From assembly GCA_051745145.1 (NCBI GenBank), contig JBNJDT010000001.1:41645-105644 (forward strand): DNA of 64,000 bases, read 5' to 3'. Under the pieces are notes generated by a model. The model was not told the origin of the DNA and did no database searches. It saw only the letters and a program-made list of their open reading frames with translations. Positions 10,809 to 19,748 of the stretch are shown one piece after another. Origin of the DNA: Elusimicrobiota bacterium (GTDB lineage: Bacteria > CG03 > SLGR01 > JAGXOG01). The translations under genes were made by a program, and so were the position numbers. Positions within the stretch are counted from its first letter, which is position 1. Each line of letters opens with the position of its first letter.

Positions 10809-11032
10809 TTTTTCCTCCGTATTCTTTACTAATTATCTTTTTCCTTTTGATTTTTTATGTTATAAAAAAATTATAAAAAATTCAACTAATTAGACATAAT
10901 TCATTAAGTATAATTGTGAAATTTGATAAATACTTTTAAAGCATTATGGTATTAATTAGTTATCCGGTATATACAGCTATTTAATAGATTAAAGAACTGA
11001 AAATATACATTTATATTTAGGAGTTAGCCAAA

Positions 11033-12337
11033 ATGTCAGATAAAAAAAATGTTAAAGAGACAATAGATAATAATAATCGCGAAAAATCAGAATGGAAAGA
11101 CTATCAATGGCATTTAAAACATTCCATTAAAGATATAGAAACTTTTCAAAAATTAACGGGTATAGAATTTAACAAAGAGGAGAAAGCAAAACTAAAAAAA
11201 ACTCTACAAAAATTTCCGCTTTCTATTACCCCTTATTATCTATCTTTAATTAAAAAAGAAAATTATAAAAAGGATCCCATATTTAAACAGGCTTTTCCCG
11301 ATCCCAACGAACTTATAGTGACTAAATACGATATGGAAGATCCCCTCCATGAAGATGAAGATAAGCCTGTACCGGAAATTACCCACCGGTATCCGGATAG
11401 AGTATTATTTACAATAAGTAACCAGTGTTCCATGTACTGCCGGCACTGTACCCGGAAAAGAAAAGTTGGGGATACAGATTATATTCCCTCTAAAAAAACT
11501 GTCAAAAAGGGAATTAAATATATTAAAGAGACCCCCCAGATCAGAGATGTAATTTTATCCGGCGGAGATCCCTTAATGCTTTCCGATGACTATCTGGACT
11601 GGATCCTTACTGAAATAACTAAAATACCCCACGTTGAAATGGTAAGGATCGGTACCCGATTTCCGGCGGTTTTGCCATTCAGAATAACAGATAGTCTGGT
11701 TGAAATTTTAGCTAAACATCATCCCCTGTGGTTAAATACCCAGTTTAACCACCCGCGGGAGCTAACTTCCTCAGCTCAAAAGGCGCTGAAGAAACTGGCC
11801 GATGCCGGAATTCCTCTGGGAAATCAGTCGGTATTACTGGCCGGCGTTAATGATTGTCCCAGGATAATTAAAAATCTCATGCATAAGTTGCTTCAAAACC
11901 GGGTTAAACCATATTATTTATACCAGTGTGATTTAACTGAAGGACTCTTTCATTTTCGGACCCCCGTAGGGAAAGGAATCGAAATAATCGAAAACATGAT
12001 AGGTCACACAAGCGGACTGGCTGTACCGACTTATGTTATAGACGCTCCGGGAGGCGGGGGTAAAATACCGGTTATGCCAAATTACCTTATTTCCTGGTCA
12101 ACCCGAAAAGTAGTCTTGAGAAATTATGAGGGAAATATAACTACTTATAAGGAACCCGATTCTTACGAACCGGTATTTTGCGACCGTAATTGTGATGGCT
12201 GTAAACTTCAGCTGGATCTTGAAGGGGCTGCAGAATATAAATCCCGGGGAATAGTAAGCTTATTATCACACCATGATAACACTTCTTCCCTCATACCCGA
12301 AGGAACTGATAGAATAAATAGAAGAACAGATACCTAA
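11033..12337 (+). CDS. ablA: Lysine 2,3-aminomutase (KamA/AblA), radical SAM plus PLP
   Basis: [48 protein letters not shown]-terminal CDRNCDGC. Both Asp residues typical of lysine (not glutamate) aminomutases are present. Confidence 0.9.
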   Translation: MSDKKNVKETIDNNNREKSEWKDYQWHLKHSIKDIETFQKLTGIEFNKEEKAKLKKTLQKFPLSITPYYLSLIKKENYKKDPIFKQAFPDPNELIVTKYDMEDPLHEDEDKPVPEITHRYPDRVLFTISNQCSMYCRHCTRKRKVGDTDYIPSKKTVKKGIKYIKETPQIRDVILSGGDPLMLSDDYLDWILTEITKIPHVEMVRIGTRFPAVLPFRITDSLVEILAKHHPLWLNTQFNHPRELTSSAQKALKKLADAGIPLGNQSVLLAGVNDCPRIIKNLMHKLLQNRVKPYYLYQCDLTEGLFHFRTPVGKGIEIIENMIGHTSGLAVPTYVIDAPGGGGKIPVMPNYLISWSTRKVVLRNYEGNITTYKEPDSYEPVFCDRNCDGCKLQLDLEGAAEYKSRGIVSLLSHHDNTSSLIPEGTDRINRRTDT

Positions 12338-12338
12338 T

Positions 12339-13667
12339 ATGACTGAAAAAATACTCCTAATAGGAAGCTGGGCTAAAGAGCAGATAACAATAGAAAATAT
12401 AAAACAAAGTTCTACTTACCGGGTATTCTGTTATCTAAGTACTAAAAATCCGGGAATACTTAAACTGGCCGACGGGTATAAAATCGGAAGTTTATCCGAT
12501 AATAAAAACATAATTCAATACGCCCGGGATATCAAACCGGATTTAGTGCTAATTACTACAGCCTCCCCCCTTTCAAATGGACTCACTGACGTACTCGAAC
12601 GGGCCGGCTTTTCCGTATTTGCTCCCAGTAAACAGGCCGCCCGGCTGGAAATAGATAAAGCTTACGCCAGAAATATTTTAAAAGAAATTGATATGGATAT
12701 AGTTCCAAAATTCGGAGTTTTTAAGAAAATAGAAAAAGGCATAGAATTTGCCGGAAAATTAAACTGGGATGTAGCCGTTAAACCGGTGGGACTTACCGAA
12801 GGTCTGGGGGTAAAAGTTTCAGATGAACAGCTCAAAACCAAAGAGGATATAAAGAATTATATCCGGGAAATTTTAAATAAAAAAATAAGCGGAAAATCAA
12901 AAGTTCTTATAGAAAAAAAGTTAACCGGAGAAGAATTCACAATACAGTGCCTGGCATATGACGGAACAATTATTCCCACTCCGGCCGTTCAGGATTTTAA
13001 AAAATTAAAACCCAATGATAAAGGGCCAAATACGGCAAGCATGGGCTCTTACTCGGATACAAAAAAAATACTTCCCTTTTTAACACCAGAAGAATACCGA
13101 TACTCTCTTAAAATAATTCAAAAGACTGTGAATTATTTTACTCAAAAAACAGGCAAAGATTGCCGGGGGTTTTTATACGGCCAGTTTATTCTAACCCCTT
13201 CGGGTATTAAAGTTGTGGAGTATAATTTCCGGCCCGGAGATCCGGAATGGATGAATACTCTTACAGTTCTTAAAGATAATATAGCTGATAAAATTTTTAG
13301 TTTAATGAAAGGTAATGATATAAAATTAAATTTTAAGAATCGGGCCACCGTCTGCAAATATATAGTGCCCCGGGACTATCCCCGGAAATTATATCAGGAA
13401 CTGGATATTGCCTTTCCTGAAGATAAATTAAAGGATTTGGGAGTAAATTTCTATTACAGCGGGGGAATAGTTTCGGGGAACAGGTTAAATGTAGGTAAAG
13501 AAAGAGGAGTTGCTTTTATAGGTCAGGGGAATTCCATTGCTAAAGCAAATAACAGTGTAGAAAAAGCTATCTCATTGATAAAAGGTAATTTTAGATACAG
13601 ATGCGATATCGGCTCTGAAAAATTAATTAATTCTAAGAAAAAGTATGTGAGGGAGGCAATAAGATAA
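12339..13667 (+). CDS. PurD (GAR synthetase)-like ATP-grasp ligase with divergent substrate-binding motifs
   Basis: AVKPVGL, GVKV, IEKKLTGEEF, QDFK...GPNTASMGSY, EYNFRPGDPE, ATVCKYIVP.DYP, YRCDIG. The canonical GGREH and GPE motifs are altered. Confidence 0.75.
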   Translation: MTEKILLIGSWAKEQITIENIKQSSTYRVFCYLSTKNPGILKLADGYKIGSLSDNKNIIQYARDIKPDLVLITTASPLSNGLTDVLERAGFSVFAPSKQAARLEIDKAYARNILKEIDMDIVPKFGVFKKIEKGIEFAGKLNWDVAVKPVGLTEGLGVKVSDEQLKTKEDIKNYIREILNKKISGKSKVLIEKKLTGEEFTIQCLAYDGTIIPTPAVQDFKKLKPNDKGPNTASMGSYSDTKKILPFLTPEEYRYSLKIIQKTVNYFTQKTGKDCRGFLYGQFILTPSGIKVVEYNFRPGDPEWMNTLTVLKDNIADKIFSLMKGNDIKLNFKNRATVCKYIVPRDYPRKLYQELDIAFPEDKLKDLGVNFYYSGGIVSGNRLNVGKERGVAFIGQGNSIAKANNSVEKAISLIKGNFRYRCDIGSEKLINSKKKYVREAIR

Positions 13668-13669
13668 AT

Positions 13670-14173
13670 ATGAAAAATTCAGATTTTAATATTCGTGAAG
13701 CTAAAGAAGAAGAATTTTTAAAATTGCATAAATTTGTGGCCAACTGCCCTCCCCTGGAACAGTATCCGGTTCACTTATACAAATTAACGCTCAGGTATTT
13801 TCGAAATACGTGTTTTATCGCAGAATTAAACGGCAATTGGGCTGGTTTTCTTACAAGTTTTATCTCCCAGGTAAATCCGGAAAATTTATTTATGTGGCAG
13901 ATAGGCATTCATCCTGATATGCAGGGTAAAGGACTTGGCAAAAAAATTTTAAAAGCAGCAGAAAAAAAATTAAAGAAAAGAGGAATCAAAAAAATAGAAT
14001 TAACCGTGGATCCTGAAAACAGTCCTTCCCAGAAATTATTTACCGGCATGGGGTATAAAAACATAAGTAAAGATGAAGGGGAATGTGTAAATATTAATAA
14101 TACACCGGCAGTTAAAGATTTTTACAAACCGGGCAGACATTTTACGGTTTTTCAAAAAAAATTAAATATTTAG
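13670..14173 (+). CDS. GNAT acetyltransferase, EctA-like
   Basis: CPPLE...YFRNTCFIAE...GF...LFMWQIGIHPDMQGKGLG, ELTVDPENSPSQKLF. Confidence 0.8.
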   Translation: MKNSDFNIREAKEEEFLKLHKFVANCPPLEQYPVHLYKLTLRYFRNTCFIAELNGNWAGFLTSFISQVNPENLFMWQIGIHPDMQGKGLGKKILKAAEKKLKKRGIKKIELTVDPENSPSQKLFTGMGYKNISKDEGECVNINNTPAVKDFYKPGRHFTVFQKKLNI

Positions 14174-14193
14174 AATAGTAAAATTTTATTTTT

Positions 14194-15894
14194 TTATCTA
14201 TCAGTATATAGATATCTTTTTATTTTGCGGGTAGTTGTTTTCTGAAATTCTTCCTGCTGAATTTTAAAATATTTCACTTTCTTAAAAGCCGGTAAGTTTT
14301 CAGTATATTTTTTTATTTCTTGATTTATTATATTATAAATGGACTCTTTACTCTCTTCAACTTTCTTCTCGCTAAAATACTTATCTAAATTTTCATGATC
14401 CGGATAAATAAGAGCAGCTACTTTCTCATTTTTATTATCCATTTCCTTACCATACACCATTGCTTCACTTATATAATCGCTGTGTTGTAACTTTGCTTCA
14501 ATTTCTTCGGGGTATACATTTTTACCCGCCGCAGTAACAATAACGTTTTTAGACCGGCCCTTAATGTACAGACAATTATTATCATCGATATAACCTATAT
14601 CGCCAGTTTTGAGCCAGCCGTTATCCATAACTTTTCGAGTAGCTCTATCATTTTTAAAATAACCGCTCATTACGTTATCCCCCTTTGCTTCAATCTCCCC
14701 GTAACCTTTTTCGTTTTTATTTTTTATTCTAAGTTTAACTCCGTCAATTGGTTTGCCTACCGATTCTAAGCCGGCAGGAACTCTGTAATTTACGGTTAAA
14801 ACCGGTGCCGTTTCTGTTAAACCATACCCCTGTACAAACTCTATCCCCAGCATATCAAAAAAATCGCCGGTTGAGGGTACCAGCGGAGCTCCGCCGGAAA
14901 CCATTAACCTGAGTGTACTGAGACCCGCTTTCTGCCTAACATTTTTAAATACCGCAGAACCGGCATTAATATTAACTTTATTTAAAACTTTATTAACCCC
15001 TTTAAAAGTTGTGAAAATTACCCGTTTTAAAATAGAAGAATTTTTTACTTTTCTGTTTATTGCATTTTTAAAAGAATCAAAAAGAGCCGGGACCCCAAGC
15101 ATTACAGTAACTTTTTGGTCTTTCATATACCGGACAATTTTAGTGGCCCGAAGAGTATTAGAAAAAACTACTTTACTTCCCACCGCTAACGGGATTAACA
15201 TGGTACCTGCGGCCGGGAATGCATGGAATAACGGCAAAATAGCTACAAATACATCGTCTTTTTTAAATTTTATTATAGAAGGTATAGCATCTATCTGATG
15301 AAGTAAATTACCGTGAGTAAGAGAAACGCCTTTCGGAGACCCGGTTGTACCGGAAGTATATAAGATCGCCGCCAGATCATTCTTATCTCTTTTTTCTAAA
15401 CCCGGATAATTGTCTATACCTTTTATATTAGTTTCGTTTTTAAGAATATTTTTTAAGCTCTTCTCCCCGTTATAGGGCCGGGATGTATCAGTTACTATAG
15501 CTTCTTTTATATTTAAACCCGATCTTATCTCCAGGTTTAAGCCATCATAAATTTTTGAATCCGTAAATAGAATATCGGCCTTGCTATGCCTCAGAAAATG
15601 GATATTATCACTGGCATGTAATTTAGTATCCAGCGGCACTACGGGAATACCTAAAAAATGGGCGGTAAAATATACTACTGTCCAGTAATGAGAATTTTCA
15701 GCTAACAGGGCTATCTTAGAATTATCATCTATTATACCGGCTTTTAATAAATAGCCGGAAAGCTTTAATACATCCTCCCTGAAATCCCCGTAAGTATATT
15801 TTTTATACCCATCATCGACCGGTTCTACATGGGCAATGCCGTCATTATAGAATTCTGTCCTATCAAGAAAAAATTGAGCTAAATTTTTATACAT
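14194..15894 (-). CDS. Long-chain fatty acid--CoA ligase (AMP-binding)
   Basis: YTSGTTGSPKG, LPLFH, QGYGLTET, TGDIG, GRSKN, KNVYPEEIE, KIKR. Confidence 0.9.
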   Translation of the reverse strand: MYKNLAQFFLDRTEFYNDGIAHVEPVDDGYKKYTYGDFREDVLKLSGYLLKAGIIDDNSKIALLAENSHYWTVVYFTAHFLGIPVVPLDTKLHASDNIHFLRHSKADILFTDSKIYDGLNLEIRSGLNIKEAIVTDTSRPYNGEKSLKNILKNETNIKGIDNYPGLEKRDKNDLAAILYTSGTTGSPKGVSLTHGNLLHQIDAIPSIIKFKKDDVFVAILPLFHAFPAAGTMLIPLAVGSKVVFSNTLRATKIVRYMKDQKVTVMLGVPALFDSFKNAINRKVKNSSILKRVIFTTFKGVNKVLNKVNINAGSAVFKNVRQKAGLSTLRLMVSGGAPLVPSTGDFFDMLGIEFVQGYGLTETAPVLTVNYRVPAGLESVGKPIDGVKLRIKNKNEKGYGEIEAKGDNVMSGYFKNDRATRKVMDNGWLKTGDIGYIDDNNCLYIKGRSKNVIVTAAGKNVYPEEIEAKLQHSDYISEAMVYGKEMDNKNEKVAALIYPDHENLDKYFSEKKVEESKESIYNIINQEIKKYTENLPAFKKVKYFKIQQEEFQKTTTRKIKRYLYTDR

Positions 15895-17235
15895 TTACAG
15901 TAATTCCGCCGCCAGACCGGCCAGATTACTCCTCTCGCTTTTAGATAAGGTAACATGCGCAAAAATATCCTGTCCTTTAAATCTTTCCGCCAGATATGTC
16001 AACCCGTTAGAAGCAGAATCCAGATAGGGGTTATCTATCTGGTAGGGATCCCCGGTAACAACCACTTTAGTATTTTTGCCGGCTCTGGAAACTATAGTCT
16101 TTATTTCCAGTGGAGTCAAATTCTGTGCTTCGTCAATTATCATAAACTGCTGGGGGATACTTCGCCCTCTTAAATACGTCAACGCCTCAATCTCTATTTT
16201 TCCGGTATCAAAAAGGTTATCCACTACATCCGAAGGTTTTAAATTTACATTGTTTTTCTTACTCTTACCGAAAGTTTTACCACTTTCTTCAACTAAAAAT
16301 TCCAAGTTATCGTAAAAAGCTCCCATCCAGTTGGCAAGTTTTTCTTCTTTTGAACCGGGTAGATAACCGATATCTTTTCCCATGGGAACAACTGGTCTGG
16401 ATATCATAACCCGCCGGTATTTTTTTTCATCAAAAGTTAAATGCAGACCGCAGGCAAGAGCTATTAAGGTTTTTCCCGTGCCGGCCACCCCCAGCAAAGT
16501 TACCAGTTCAATATCGTCATTTAACATTGCTTCAAAAGCAAACTGCTGTTCTACGTTTAAAGCTTTCAGACCCCACGGTCGACTCTGTGCGTGAGTAAGC
16601 TTTACTATAAGATCCTCCCGGGGCGAATACCGTCCCAGACCTGTCTTTTTATTATCAGACTGTGATCTTAATTTTATAAATTCCTGTGGCGAAAGCTGTT
16701 TCTCTATATCCGCGGGAATGGGCATCTTCTTCTGGCTGAGAAATTCATCCACAAGGTTATCTTTTACTTCTAATTCTCGCCACCCGGAATATAATTCTTC
16801 AAACCGGACCTTAGCTTTTTCAAAGTCCTGAACTTCTAAACCCAGCACCTCTGCTTTTACCCGCATATTAATATCTTTAGATATAAATATTACATTTTTA
16901 CCGCTCTCTTTTAGGCCCAGGGCCACGGCAAGTATCTCATTATCAGCCTTTTTTACCAGGGAAGTGGGAATATCGGCTTTTTTATCTGCTTCAATTCTTA
17001 TGATTCCCCCTTTATCGGTCTTTACGCCTTCAAAAAGTTTGCCCTTATTTCTTAAATTATCCAATCTCCTGGTTATCAGGCGGGCATTCCGGCCCCGTTC
17101 ATCCGATAATTTTTTTAATTTGTCAAGCTCCTCTATTACTGTAAGAGGTAAAACAACTTCATTATCTTCAAAGTTATAAAGACTTCCCGGGTCATGGATT
17201 AAGACATTGGTATCCAGTACAAATGATTTATTCAT
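15895..17235 (-). CDS. PIN-PhoH (PhoH2) protein
   Basis: N-terminal PIN VLDTNVL...EELD...DNEIL...SKDIN; GVAGTGKT, YLRGRS, DEAQN, TGDPYQID, SERS. Confidence 0.92.
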   Translation of the reverse strand: MNKSFVLDTNVLIHDPGSLYNFEDNEVVLPLTVIEELDKLKKLSDERGRNARLITRRLDNLRNKGKLFEGVKTDKGGIIRIEADKKADIPTSLVKKADNEILAVALGLKESGKNVIFISKDINMRVKAEVLGLEVQDFEKAKVRFEELYSGWRELEVKDNLVDEFLSQKKMPIPADIEKQLSPQEFIKLRSQSDNKKTGLGRYSPREDLIVKLTHAQSRPWGLKALNVEQQFAFEAMLNDDIELVTLLGVAGTGKTLIALACGLHLTFDEKKYRRVMISRPVVPMGKDIGYLPGSKEEKLANWMGAFYDNLEFLVEESGKTFGKSKKNNVNLKPSDVVDNLFDTGKIEIEALTYLRGRSIPQQFMIIDEAQNLTPLEIKTIVSRAGKNTKVVVTGDPYQIDNPYLDSASNGLTYLAERFKGQDIFAHVTLSKSERSNLAGLAAELL

Positions 17236-18170
17236 AAGATATCACCTAACTCCTCTTTATCCAATTCATAAAATTTACACCATTTACAAAACCGCTTTTG
17301 ATCGGTCAGAGGGAATTTCTCCTTGGCACAGGGGATATTTTTATCGGGATCTTTTAAATACTTTTTCATATCCTCTATACTCCGGGAAACTTTCTCTTTT
17401 GCCTCTTCCAGAGATTTTTCGGTTATCTTTACTTCTCTTGTACTGCCGTTTAAAAGATATTCCACTCTTCCCTTCATAAGATCGGCCGAAATACCGAATT
17501 TATTTTTAATATAAAGGGCGTATAAATTAAGTTGATCGTCGTGTTTATCGTATTCTTTACCGGTTTTCCAATCCACTACATACCAATCTCCCGCCTCATC
17601 GGTATAAACTAAATCCGGAATGGCGTATACCGGTGTACCCTTAAAGTTGAATGTATCCATATTTTCCACCATCTCCAAACTGCAAGACTGCTTTACCAAG
17701 TCATTAATAGACGGTGATTCATAAAGATTATCCACTGCCTTATATAGTCTGTTTTTTATCTTTTTTATTAAATTATCCGACAGTCCATTGCCATAGTAAA
17801 ACTCCTGCAGCATAAAATATTGATTGGGACTGGCCTTCCACTTATGCGGTTCCCGGGACTCTTTCCAGGCCTGATTAAGCAGATACCTTACCTTGTCTAT
17901 TAACTTTTTTTTGTCCGGATATTCTCCGGTACTATCTACAATTTTACAAGCATATTCAGCTACTTCATGAACGGCACTTCCCAGTATAAGATATATTCCG
18001 GTAAGTTTCTTAAGCCGGTAGGCCAGTTTACACTCTTCGGGGGCACTGTCCTCCCACCCGTTGTGAGCTAAATAATAATTGTAATAGTATTTTCTTTTAC
18101 ATTCCTGAAAAGTATTATTCCTTGAAGACGACCAGCTCCACGGAGGATATTTTGTTCTTTGATATGTCAT
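17232..18170 (-). CDS. PD-(D/E)XK (RecB-like) nuclease family protein
   Basis: WSSSR...CKRKYYYNY, GSAVH, PDL, DWKTG, QLNLY, CKWC. Confidence 0.8.
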   Translation of the reverse strand: MTYQRTKYPPWSWSSSRNNTFQECKRKYYYNYYLAHNGWEDSAPEECKLAYRLKKLTGIYLILGSAVHEVAEYACKIVDSTGEYPDKKKLIDKVRYLLNQAWKESREPHKWKASPNQYFMLQEFYYGNGLSDNLIKKIKNRLYKAVDNLYESPSINDLVKQSCSLEMVENMDTFNFKGTPVYAIPDLVYTDEAGDWYVVDWKTGKEYDKHDDQLNLYALYIKNKFGISADLMKGRVEYLLNGSTREVKITEKSLEEAKEKVSRSIEDMKKYLKDPDKNIPCAKEKFPLTDQKRFCKWCKFYELDKEELGDIL

Positions 18171-18221
18171 TTATTACCTTCCCGTATTATATATTTATTT
18201 ACACTTAACATTTAATTCCTA

Positions 18222-18250
18222 ATTATAGCAATTATTTTAAAAAATCTCAA
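18222..18250 (-). promoter_or_regulatory. sigma70-type promoter for the nuclease-phoH2-ligase operon
   Basis: Minus strand TTGAGA-17 bp-TATAAT with extended -10 TG, about 50 bp before the ATG at 18170. Confidence 0.55.
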
Positions 18251-18295
18251 TTTTGCTCTAAATATATAAACTGATTTTTAAAATATAATATAATT

Positions 18296-19054
18296 TTATC
18301 CGGATATTTCAAAAAATTTTCTGGCATTATTGAAAGTAAGTTTTTTTATCTGCTGCGGAGTTTTACCTCTAATTTCACTTAAACAGCGGGCCGTATATTT
18401 TACATAGCCGGGCTGGTTACGCTTTCCTCTTAACGGAGAGGGCGAAAGATACGGTGAATCAGTTTCCAACAACAGTTTATCCACAGGAATTCTTTTTACC
18501 GCAGCCCTTAGAGAATCAGTATTTGAGAAAGTTACTACTCCTCCGAGTGCTATATAATACCCTCTTTTAAGTAATTCATCTAATTCCCCGGACGTCCCTG
18601 TAAAACAATGAATGAGTATCTTTTGGTCTTTAAAGTTATCTAAAATATTTAACGTATCTTTAAACGCCTTTCGGGAATGAATTATCACAGGCAAGTTTTT
18701 GTCCCGGGCGAGATCAAGCTGTTTTTCAAAGACTTTTCTTTGTATTTGGGTGGAGGAATTTTTGTAATAAAAATCAAGGCCTATCTCTCCAACGGCAACA
18801 ATTTTTCTCTTATTAAAAATTTCATTCAACGTATCACTGTGTTTACTGAAATTTTTTACAGAATGGGGATGTATCCCGGCGGCCCCCCAGATATTCTTTT
18901 CTTCCAACAACCTGTTAAAGGTCTGTATATCCTCTCCGGGTTCAAATATACATATAATACCCCCTAAATTTTTAATAATTTCAAACCGGTCTTTTTTAAA
19001 CCTCTCATCCACCAAGTGCGCGTGAGTATCGAAATATCCGGTATCCGTATTCAT
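18296..19054 (-). CDS. tatD: TatD family hydrolase
   Basis: DTHAH, GIHPH, GEIGLD, IHSR, HCF, ETDSPY. Confidence 0.93.
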   Translation of the reverse strand: MNTDTGYFDTHAHLVDERFKKDRFEIIKNLGGIICIFEPGEDIQTFNRLLEEKNIWGAAGIHPHSVKNFSKHSDTLNEIFNKRKIVAVGEIGLDFYYKNSSTQIQRKVFEKQLDLARDKNLPVIIHSRKAFKDTLNILDNFKDQKILIHCFTGTSGELDELLKRGYYIALGGVVTFSNTDSLRAAVKRIPVDKLLLETDSPYLSPSPLRGKRNQPGYVKYTARCLSEIRGKTPQQIKKLTFNNARKFFEISG

Positions 19055-19055
19055 T

Positions 19056-19748
19056 TTAACCGTCTTCTATAAGTATGTCGTGAAGTTTTTTAAAATCGAC
19101 AAATTTACTGCTCTTTTTATCCATAATTCTCATATTATCGCAGTTCATAGTATCTATGACAGCTACCCGGTTGTCTCTTTCCCCAAACTCCACTTTTATA
19201 TCTACAAGTTCTAAACCGTATTTTTCCAGATCCTCATTTATTATCCGGGCCACTTTTTTAGTAAGGGCTTTAGTTTTTTTTAAATTTTGCGGTGAAATTA
19301 TATCCAGTTCCAACAGAGTTTCATCATTTATAAGGGGGTCATGTTTTTTATCGTCTTTTATAGTTATTTCCACCAGATAATTCAGCTTTTTAAATTTTTC
19401 GATATAATTTTCATAACGCCTTAAAAAACTTCCAAATGCCCTAAGTCTACATATAAACTCCAATCCCTGACCAAAAATTTTAGATTTTTCAACTAAAATC
19501 GCCGTTTTTTCTTCTATAGTTTCAAGATAGTGATTCTCAATTCCTCTATCGGAAAGAAGTTGAAAAAAATATTCGGTGAGTTTCATACAGTAGTATTTTT
19601 TACCTTCTATATTCCCTACGACCTGATCTCCCCCGGAATCAGGTTGACCGTTATTTCCCAGCACGGTATCCCGGAACTTCATAAGCAGCCGGTTATTTGA
19701 ATGGGGAATTACTACTTTTGTCTTGCCCTTATAGAGTTTTTGGTCCAT
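19056..19748 (-). CDS. purC: SAICAR synthetase
   Basis: YKGKTK, LEFICR..AFGSF, KDD...DP, LVDIKVEFG, D...D..R. Confidence 0.85.
   Translation of the reverse strand: MDQKLYKGKTKVVIPHSNNRLLMKFRDTVLGNNGQPDSGGDQVVGNIEGKKYYCMKLTEYFFQLLSDRGIENHYLETIEEKTAILVEKSKIFGQGLEFICRLRAFGSFLRRYENYIEKFKKLNYLVEITIKDDKKHDPLINDETLLELDIISPQNLKKTKALTKKVARIINEDLEKYGLELVDIKVEFGERDNRVAVIDTMNCDNMRIMDKKSSKFVDFKKLHDILIEDG

Noticed and set aside
11033..12337. EpmB (EF-P modification), glutamate 2,3-aminomutase or a lysine fermentation cluster
   Set aside because: The length and Cys-containing C-terminus fit KamA/AblA; the lysine-specific Asp residues are present; no efp/epmA or kamDE genes are adjacent.
13670..14173. Calling this ectA of an ectoine pathway
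   Set aside because: No class III aminotransferase (ectB) or ectC nearby, and the EctA PLDxNS motif is altered.
17232..18170. Cas4 / CRISPR-Cas association
   Set aside because: No cas1/cas2 or array in the window; a generic PD-(D/E)XK call is safer.
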